DNA of 64,000 nucleotides, from NCBI GenBank assembly GCA_964016885.1, contig OZ024740.1:195920001-195984000 (forward strand), given 5' to 3'. Each line of letters begins with the position of its first letter. Positions within the stretch are counted from its first letter, which is position 1. Under the pieces are notes generated by a model. It worked only from the letters and a program-made list of their open reading frames with translations, ran no database searches and was not told the DNA's origin. Positions 55,480 to 64,000 of this stretch are shown one piece after another. The stretch comes from Eledone cirrhosa (Eukaryota). The translations under genes were made by a program, and so were the position numbers.

Positions 55480-56336
55480 TTTGTAGAATCGTTATAGTGT
55501 TGGACAAAATCCCTTGTATTTGTTTTGGCACTACCGATTTTTAGTACAAATCATGTTGAGGTCACCTTTGCTTTCCATCTTGCCAGGAGTCAATAAAATA
55601 AAGTACCAGTTGCACACTGGGATCGATTTAATCGACTTACCCCTCCCCCCAAATTGTTGGCCTTATGCTTAAATCAGAAACCATTATTATTATTATTATT
55701 AAGTGCAGTGTATTGGTAGAATCGGTAGAGCGTCGGACAACATGCTTAGCTGCATAGAGTTATGGCCCTTTATGGTCCGAGTTCAAATCCCACCGAGGTT
55801 AACTTTGCCTTTCATCCCTACGGGATCGATAAAATAAAGCACCAGTAACGCACTGGGGTCGATTTAATCAACTTTCCCTTCTTCCAAATTGCAGGCCTTG
55901 TGCCTATATAAGAAACCATTATTATTATTGGCAGTATCAGTAGAGAGTCAGACATGCTTTCCAGCATAGTTACGTCCCTTTATGATCTGAGTTCAAATCC
56001 CGCCGAGGTTAACTTTGCCTTTCATCCTTACGGGCTCGTTAAAATAAAGTACCAGTAATGCACTGGGTAATTGCTGGCCTTGTGCCAAAAGTAGAAACAA
56101 TTATTATCATTATTATTATTATTATTATTATTAAGTGCAGTGGATTGGTAGAATCGGTAGAGCGTTGGACAACATGCTTAGCGGCATAGAGTTATGGCCC
56201 TTTGTTCTGAGTTCAAATCCTGCTGAGGTTAGCTTTGTCTTTCATCCTTATGAGGTCGATAAAATAAAGCACCAGTAATGTACTGGAGTCGATTTAATCA
56301 ACTTTCCCCTCCCCCTTGTACCTAAAGTAGAAATCA
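55480..56336 (+). mobile_element. Four tandem family-A SINEs separated by (ATT)n
   Basis: Head-to-tail copies with B box and core. Confidence 0.88.
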
Positions 56337-56390
56337 TCTTTATTATTATCCACTCGTCACACAGCATTTGTTGCTAGTGATGTAATACTG

Positions 56391-56640
56391 GTGTCATCTG
56401 TCCACTACCATTGGACTGAGGTGTCATCTGTTCACTACCATTGGACTGAGGTGTCATCTGTCCACTACCATTGGACTGAGGTGTCATCTGTTCACTACCA
56501 TTGGACTGAGGTGTCATCTGTCCACTACCATTGGACTGAGGTGTCATCTGTTCACTACCATTGGACTGAGGTGTCATCTGTCCACTACCATTGGACTGAG
56601 GTGTCATCTATCCACTACCATTGGACTGAGGTGTCATCTA
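56391..56640. repeat. 30-bp minisatellite, 8.3 copies
   Basis: GTGTCATCTGT(C/T)CACTACCATTGGACTGAG, contiguous, no spacers. Confidence 0.97.
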
Positions 56641-57242
56641 TTATTAAGTTTCATTTTTAGAAAATCTAGAGATATATTAAATTAAATGAATTCCTTTTTA
56701 TGCTCATTTATAAGTAACCAAACACAATTAAGTCACAGTTTCCACCTAGAAGTTGGTTAAATATTTCCTTTGGCTATATTTTATTTCCCACCAAATAGCA
56801 TCATAGGTTATAATTTACTCTAGACTTTATTGTTGTTCCTGCTCTGGAATGTTTGTTAATTATTTTGTTTTGGTTATATTAGTCATCATAGATAAACACG
56901 CTCATCACAAAGATAGTGAATGTGTTGCATTTATTTTTTTAACAAAAGTACGTTAAAAACACTGTTTGAATTATTGAACCTTCAAAACTTGTATTCAAAA
57001 TGAACAACTTATACACAAATGCACATGGAATATCTATATATCTGTGCGTGTGTAAAAAGCAGATGGTCCTCATGTTATGTTATCCAAGATTATTTTCCTT
57101 TGAAATACACACACACAGGTGTTAATGGAGATTACTCCTAGACCATGAGTACTTAATATTAAATTTCTTAACTTGAAATTAACTTCTTCAAATCATACAC
57201 TACAGTTTTACAAGTCTTATGAAAGTAAAGGCTCATTAAAAT

Positions 57243-57430
57243 AATTGTTTCTACTTTTGGCACTAGGCCAGCAATTAACCCAGTGTATTACTGGTACTTT
57301 ATTTTATCAACCCCGTAAGGATGAAAGGCAAAGTTAACCTCGGCGGGATTTGAACTCAAACCATAAAGGGCCGTAACTCTTTGCTGCAAAGCATGGCGTC
57401 CGACCCTCTACTGATACTGCCAATCCACCA
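57243..57430 (-). mobile_element. Family-A SINE
   Basis: Reverse-complement copy; AAGGCTCATTAAAATAAT duplicated on both sides. Confidence 0.87.
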
Positions 57431-58391
57431 CCAATCCAACGCCCAAGGCTCATTAAAATAATATAGACTACTTAACCATAGAAAGATAATATGGTCATTG
57501 CTAGAATTTCTAGGATCATAAATCTGTTCAATGAAGGCTAAGGCTGATGTGGGGCTAAACAACAACCACAATAATAAATTTAATTGCAGTATTAAATGAA
57601 AAATTTGATTTGATTAGAAACCAAATATTTTTTTCTAAAAGCTCCTAACTGGATATATTTGTTATAGAATATCACAATATAGGAGATTGTTAATGCTGCA
57701 AAGAGTCTTGCTTTATTGAGAGATGTTTATTAAATTAATGCAGTTGTTGCTATTGATTTTCTCAAGAATGATATATTGCTTGCTGTTCTGATAAAGCAAG
57801 TTCCATATATAATCCTTTAATCCATTTAAAAGATACATATAACATCAGCAACTATAGCTGGCATGATACCAAGGGAAGATGTAAGGAACATAACTGTTTT
57901 TTATAGATAAGCAGCTTTTATCATAGTATTTTCCTCTATAAATTGTTATTACCCTTGTACTTATATTAATACACATATCAACATATCATATGTTCTTTAT
58001 CATCATTTATTGAGTACTTTAACATATTAAACTTATTTGATTATTTTTATTCTAAACATTCATATTTTAATTTTCAAGTTCACATGGGTAATCAAATATG
58101 AAAGTAATATGCAACCTATGAAATAATTACAACATATTAAAAATAGAATTTACAAAGTTAAATGTTCAACTGGTTTACAAATTCCTGTTGATCTATGAAG
58201 TGGTATATACTCAGGATTCTGTATTAAGACATATAAATATATTTGTTGGTGCATGGATGATGATTGCTGGATGATAAAATGCCAAATAATACCAGTGGAA
58301 GGAAACCATGGTAGAAGAAGACCAAGGAAGACCTTTTGAAGCCCCTCCTCTCTCTCTCTTTATCTCTTAATTATAAAGGATAATATAAGAG

Positions 58392-58580
58392 CGGTGGATT
58401 GGCAGTATCGGTAGAGGGTCAGACACCATGCTTTGCAGCATAGAGTTATGTCCCTTTCCGGTCTGAGTTCAAATCCTGCTGAGGTAAACTTTGCCTTTCA
58501 TCCTTACGGGGTTGATAAAATAAAGCATCAGTAATGCACTGGGATAATTGCTGGCCTTGTGCCAAAAGTAGAAACAATTA
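58392..58580 (+). mobile_element. Family-A SINE
   Basis: Intact motifs; imperfect TSD AATTATAA(A/G)GGATA. Confidence 0.85.
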
Positions 58581-59416
58581 TAAGGGATATTAGATACCTT
58601 TCCCAGTCTGCCATGGCTTACTAGCTCTATACAGACGTTTAAATTGATTAAATAAATATGCTTATAAAACATAAGATACTTTATTATAGCTTTTTTTTTT
58701 TTTTTTTTTTTTTTGTAAATAAAAAGTATCTTTTTATACTATGGTTTTTTGTTAATTGCATATTCTGAATCACTGATGTTCAAAACAAAATTTCAAATAC
58801 CATTTATTTTTTTAATAAAGGCATTATAAAAAATAGTAGATGGAGGAGGATAAAAAAAACATACTAAAATGAATGCGCCGAAAATTACAGATATAATTCT
58901 TTAATCAATTTTTTAAAAAGTAATTTATCACCAGTGTGGTACTGGGAAGAGATATAAGAAATAGCTATTTTTATAGATAATCAATTCTTATCATTTGAAA
59001 AAAATATCTGTCTCTTGCTTTCCACTCTTTCCATTTCTTCCTTCATTAAATACAAACACTGGTGTCTGTTGTTGTTTTGTACCTGTATTTATTTGAATTT
59101 GTTTGTTTGCAGTAAGAGAACAGCATTTAGATTGTGTGTGTGCCAGCCATTCCATTCAGTCTATTGGGATCACTGCCTGTCTGCCAACCTTTCTCTGCCT
59201 CTGTAATACATATATATATATATCATCGAACTGGAATTTTGAAACTAGAAATAGATAGTAACCTAACCACTACCATGGTAGTTGATTCATCAATCTTCCA
59301 CAATCAATCGTCCCTCTGAAATGATCGATTGTAAAACAGTGAACTAATTAACTACCTACATCTGACTTCTGTCTTGTTTTCATTGCTCTATACACAAACG
59401 CATGCACACACACACA

Positions 59417-59474
<58 letters not shown>

Positions 59475-59477
<3 letters not shown>

Positions 59478-62400
59478 TCATCATCATCATCATCATCATT
59501 TTACGTCTGCTTTTCCCTGCTTGCAAGGGTGGGACGGGTCTTATTCAGCACAGCATCTCTCCACTCGTCACGGTCCCTCGTCATCTCCACCGTGAGCTTC
59601 AATGATCTGAGGTCTGTTCTCACCACCTCCGCCCATGTTTTTCGTGGTCTACCTCTACCACGTCTTCCTTCAACTGGCATTTCCTGGCACTTCTTCACCC
59701 ATCGGTCATCCTCCATGCGCATCACATGTCCATACCACCTCAGTCTCCTCTCCCGTACACTACATTCTATCCCTCTCAGACACAGTTTCTCTCTCAACAC
59801 ACTTATGCTGGGTCGTTCACGCACATTTACACTGCACATCCAACGGAGCATGCTTGCCTCATTTCTTTCCAGCCGTCGCATATCCTCTGCTGTTGCTGCC
59901 CATGTCTCACTACCATGCAGCATCGCACTCCTCGCACAGGCATCATACAACCGGCCTTTCGTACGCAGGGAGAAACCCTTCTTCGTCAACAGAGGAAGCA
60001 GCTCCCTAAACTTCTTCCAACCCGTCCTTATTCTAGATACTATGGCCTCGGAACACCCTCCTCCCATGCTAATCTGATCTCCTAGGTACCGGAAGCTAGC
60101 CACCACTTCTATAGCGCCCTCTCGCATTTGAAAAATGTGTCTATCAGTGCGACTTCTACTGTCTAATTTCCCTGTACATCTACTGCATACATATTTCTCC
60201 CTACCTGTTAGTTTGCCTGCTATCCCGCTACATCTCTTGTGTACCCAGCATTGTGTGCATTTTATAGAATTTATGCCAGTTCCTTTTCTGCATATCGAAC
60301 ATGGCCATTTCCCTGACGGAATCAGGGTTTTGTCCTCTTTTCTACTCATCAACACTTTTGTCTTAGCTAGATTTACTCTCAGTCCTCTTGCTTCCAACTG
60401 CTGTTTCCTTAGCCAGAATTTATTCTCTAGCTCCTCTATTGATTCTGCTATAAGAGCCAGATCATCAGCATAGAGAAGTTCCCATGGACAGCCAGTCTTA
60501 AACTCCTCTGTTATGGCTTGGAGGACTATAATGAACAAGAGCGGGCTGAGGACCGAACCCTGATGTACTCCTACTTGTATCTGGAATTCCTCACTAAACT
60601 CCATTCCTACCCTGACTTTACTGAGAGTACCTCTGTACAAAGTTTGCACTGTCCTCACAAGCCATTCCTCAACACCTAGCTTCCTTAGGGACCACCAGAT
60701 GACAGATCGGGGTACCCTATCAAAGGCCTTCTCTAGGTCAACAAAGGCTAAGTATAGTGGCTTATTCTTCTCTAAGAACCTCTCTTGCATTTGTCTCACC
60801 AAGAAGAGGGCATCTGTTGTACTCTTCCCAGGCACAAAACCAAACTGCATCTCATCTAGTTTGACCATTTCTCTAATTAGTTGTGCTAAAATACTTTCTG
60901 CCACTTTCATAACCTGATCTATCAGTTTTATACCCCTATAATTGCTCCTCTCCAAAGCATCCCCTTTACCTTTGTAGCAATTTATGAGAATACTGCTGCA
61001 CCAGTCTTTGGGTATGACACCACCATATATAGCCTGATTGATGATGCGTGCAACCAGTTTAGTGCCTACGTCCCCTGATGCCTTCAGCATCTCAGCAACT
61101 ATTCCCGATGGTCCGGCCGCCTTACCATTTTTCATTTCCCTAATCGCCTCTTGGACCCTATATTCGTCAATCTCAATAGCTGGTCCCTCTGTCGGATCTA
61201 CCAAGGGTAATTTCTCTCTCTCCCATTCGTTCTCCACATTCATCAGTCTCTCATAATGACATTTCCAGGCCTCCTTTTTCTGGTCATTTGTGACACTAAG
61301 TACACCGGCATCATCCCGGACACATTTATCTCCAACAACATCCTGATTTGCATTGACACACTGCCTTGCAATGTGGAACACCGCACGCCTCTGATCTTCC
61401 CGTCGCAGAACATTGGCAAACCTCCTACTCTCTGCCTCCCTGCGTGCTAAGTACACCTGACGTCTAGCTTCTCTCTTAGTGGCTGTATATTCTTCCCTAC
61501 TCCCACCCTTTTTCCAAGCCTTCCATGCTAGTCTTTTGTCTCTAATGGCCTTATCTACTGTGCTGTTCCACCACCAGGTCACTCTCTGTCTGGTTGGAGC
61601 TCTGCTCCAGCCACAGGTTTCATCAGTAGCCTGCAGCAAGTTGTCACGTAAGAACTTCCAGTTATTATCTATGTCATACGTCTCTAAATCGTCTTCTTTT
61701 TCGTCATATACATCTTGAAGGGCTTTCCTAAATTTGTATTTTAGTGAAAGGTCTTTTAGCTTCCAGACCTTTCTTCTCCACACCTTCCTATATGTCTCAT
61801 TCCATCTCTTGCTTACTGAGATATCACTAACAACTAACCTATGCTGTGGGGTACATTCTTCCCCAGGGTATGCCTTGGTATTAGACACTATCTGCCTGTC
61901 CCGCTGCCTAACTAGCAGGAAGTCAATCTGGCTTATGTGCTCACCAGATTTGTAGGTTATTAGGTGATTGGCAGGTTTCTGGAAGTTTGTGTTGCAAATA
62001 GTCAATGTACTCGCATCACAAAATTCAAGAAGTCTCACTCCTTCTTCATTTCTTGAACCGTAACCGTGCCCACCATGTACCCCAGTGTAACCATCCTGGA
62101 GCTGTCCAACATGACCATTGAAGTCTCCTGCTAGCATAACGATATCTCCGTCCTCTGTCATTGTGGTTGTTTGCAAAAGTTGCTCATAAAAGCAGTCTTT
62201 CTCATCTTTGCCTAGGCCTGCTTGGGGAGCATAGACCGAGATGATTGTCAGTAGTCTTCTACCTACAACTAATCTAAGCTTAATTATTCGATTACTAACT
62301 CGAACTACCTCTATTGTCTTATTGATCCATTTCTCAGCCAGGAAAATGCCTACTCCCCCTAACCCATCATCCTTACCTACCCAGAATAGCTTATAGCTAA

Positions 62401-62645
62401 GACGCTTGCCTACGACTAGTCTCGCAGAGGCACCTCTCCATCTCACCTCTTGCACGCAGCACACATCCACCTGCCTTCTCTCCAGCATCTCCGCTATTTC
62501 AGCAGATCTACCTCTGAGAGTGCCAACATTAAGTGTTGCAACTCTGAGATGCGACGTCTTCATATTTTGTTGTTCCTATGCTGTTTTGTTGCTGTGCTGA
62601 TAAGCTTTTTGGCATTGATACACTGGTTGGATGCCCTTCCTAACA
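59475..62645 (-). mobile_element. Apparently full-length RTE-clade LINE, family 1
   Basis: ~80-bp 5' UTR, single ORF, (ATG)n tail, (TA)n on both flanks. Confidence 0.95.
59501..62563 (-). CDS. RTE polyprotein: APE endonuclease + reverse transcriptase with internal PHD-type finger (1020 aa)
   Basis: APE motifs TLNV, VQE, YAP, GDFN, QIDF, QH; RT motifs NYRGIKL, QFGF, FVDLEKAFD, QGSVLSP, YADD, YLG; C-terminal GRPRKTW; no stops. Confidence 0.93.
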   Translation of the reverse strand: MKTSHLRVATLNVGTLRGRSAEIAEMLERRQVDVCCVQEVRWRGASARLVVGKRLSYKLFWVGKDDGLGGVGIFLAEKWINKTIEVVRVSNRIIKLRLVVGRRLLTIISVYAPQAGLGKDEKDCFYEQLLQTTTMTEDGDIVMLAGDFNGHVGQLQDGYTGVHGGHGYGSRNEEGVRLLEFCDASTLTICNTNFQKPANHLITYKSGEHISQIDFLLVRQRDRQIVSNTKAYPGEECTPQHRLVVSDISVSKRWNETYRKVWRRKVWKLKDLSLKYKFRKALQDVYDEKEDDLETYDIDNNWKFLRDNLLQATDETCGWSRAPTRQRVTWWWNSTVDKAIRDKRLAWKAWKKGGSREEYTATKREARRQVYLARREAESRRFANVLRREDQRRAVFHIARQCVNANQDVVGDKCVRDDAGVLSVTNDQKKEAWKCHYERLMNVENEWEREKLPLVDPTEGPAIEIDEYRVQEAIREMKNGKAAGPSGIVAEMLKASGDVGTKLVARIINQAIYGGVIPKDWCSSILINCYKGKGDALERSNYRGIKLIDQVMKVAESILAQLIREMVKLDEMQFGFVPGKSTTDALFLVRQMQERFLEKNKPLYLAFVDLEKAFDRVPRSVIWWSLRKLGVEEWLVRTVQTLYRGTLSKVRVGMEFSEEFQIQVGVHQGSVLSPLLFIIVLQAITEEFKTGCPWELLYADDLALIAESIEELENKFWLRKQQLEARGLRVNLAKTKVLMSRKEDKTLIPSGKWPCSICRKGTGINSIKCTQCWVHKRCSGIAGKLTGREKYVCSRCTGKLDSRSRTDRHIFQMREGAIEVVASFRYLGDQISMGGGCSEAIVSRIRTGWKKFRELLPLLTKKGFSLRTKGRLYDACARSAMLHGSETWAATAEDMRRLERNEASMLRWMCSVNVRERPSISVLREKLCLRGIECSVRERRLRWYGHVMRMEDDRWVKKCQEMPVEGRRGRGRPRKTWAEVVRTDLRSLKLTVEMTRDRDEWRDAVLNKTRPTLASREKQT

Positions 62646-63446
62646 TTATATATATATATATATATATATATATTCATTGAAGTTGGTGGTTCACCACTGG
62701 ATCATTCTGTATAGTTAACCATAATGCAATAGTAGGAAACGCACTCAATGTAATGCAACTCAATCATCTTTGGTTTAAGATTCTGTTAGTGATGCGTGAA
62801 TGGAGTTAAATATTATTATTATTCAATGATATATATATATTTATATAATCATTATCATAGGTTGGGTGATGAAGGATATGAATGGGTTGGGGGACTAAAG
62901 GATGTGAGTGGTGGAAACTAAAGGTTGTGAGTGGACTAGATGGTGGTCAAGGAGTGTATTTTCAGACAGAGACCTCTCTGCCTGTCTACCTACACAGTTA
63001 CCATCCTCTCCATGCTCATTTTATCCCACGAGTCTTCTGTAGCATTCCTTGTCACCAGTCAACTCCTTCAACTTTGTGTCATTTCCTTCATGTGGTTCAG
63101 CTGTGTGAGGGCAGCCTTTACCACATCATCTCAAGTTTTGTTAAGTCTACCTCTTCCCTAAATTCTTCATACAGACACTGATACCTGTATTTAGTTTTAA
63201 TTTATGAAGAAACATTTGTCTATCTTTACATCAATATTAATGAACTCCTCTTCCGAAACTCCTCTTTACCAAAACAAATGTGTGTGATGTATATAAACAT
63301 AATCTATAGTCATTATGCATTGTCTACTATTTTAATTACCCAACTAAGAAGATTATTTTCCTTTTTTTCTTTTTTTTTTTTTTTACCTTTTTACTATTCC
63401 TACTGACCTATAAATAAACTATGATCTAGTCAAAATAACCAAAACA

Positions 63447-63450
<4 letters not shown>

Positions 63451-63510
<60 letters not shown>
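63451..63510. repeat. (CA)n microsatellite
   Basis: Direct reading. Confidence 0.97.
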
Positions 63511-63511
<1 letters not shown>

Positions 63512-64000
63512 GTCTGTTTGACGAGACAACCAAAACAATAATCTGTATTTTAATTCAAACCTTACTATAAATGCTTTAATTCTTATTTGCTATCTCCTTG
63601 ATGGATACTCTGTTGGTTTCAACAATGAGCATTCAGTTGTTGGATCAACTAAATGCACTGCTTGTTAACCCTTTCATTACTGTATTTTTAATTAAATACA
63701 TTTTATTTGAAATATTAATAAAGAATTTAGAGGGATATACTAAAATTGTGAAGGTGCATGGTTTCGTGGTTAGATTGTTGGACTTGCAATAGTGAGGTTG
63801 TGAGTTTGATTTCCAGACTGGGTGATGCGTTGACACTTTATTTCACATTGTTCCAGTTCACTCAGCTGTAGGGTCAATTCTTCCTCTATATCACTTTGTT
63901 ACTTCTTCTCTTTTACTTTCTATCCTTCTTTTGGAAGTAATCTGTTGTGTTTAGGCCTGGAGAGGGGTGGGCTCTGTCAGGCTTAAAATGCTCCAGAAAC

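Noticed and set aside
56391-56640. CRISPR-like 30-bp repeats, or a repeat protein (MTPQSNGSGQ)n
   Set aside because: Units are contiguous with no unique spacers, there are no cas genes, and the context is eukaryotic; the open frames follow from a stop-free 30-bp unit
59529-62680. Plus-strand ORFs over the RTE (also those over 41-42, 45-47 and 49-50 kb)
   Set aside because: Antisense shadows with no independent motifs

Overview
AT-rich, repeat-dense animal DNA. The SINE/LINE repertoire and the abundant (TA)n and (CAT)n microsatellites suggest an octopus-like cephalopod; this is an inference from repeat families, not verified. I found no recognisable host protein-coding exon, so the window looks intronic or intergenic. 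It contains one apparently full-length RTE-clade LINE (59475-62645, minus) with an uninterrupted 1020-aa APE+RT ORF. That ORF carries a PHD-type C4HC3 finger inserted inside the RT domain. Truncated copies of two sister RTE families share the finger, and their 3' UTRs contain a SINE-like module. These copies are packed into (TA)n tracts at 40.7-50.6 kb. Several Penelope-like (PLE) remnants show an inverted-arm + tail layout and hammerhead-ribozyme motifs with unusually long stem II; the best example is a perfect 220-bp palindrome at 44541-44991. Also present are an internally deleted DD37D (maT) Tc1/mariner element, a Chapaev3-type transposase remnant, hAT- and piggyBac-type MITEs, Tx1/L1 fragments, dozens of tRNA-derived SINEs and two minisatellites. 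Local inverted duplications recur at insertion sites. Almost all short ORFs in the track are noise or antisense shadows.
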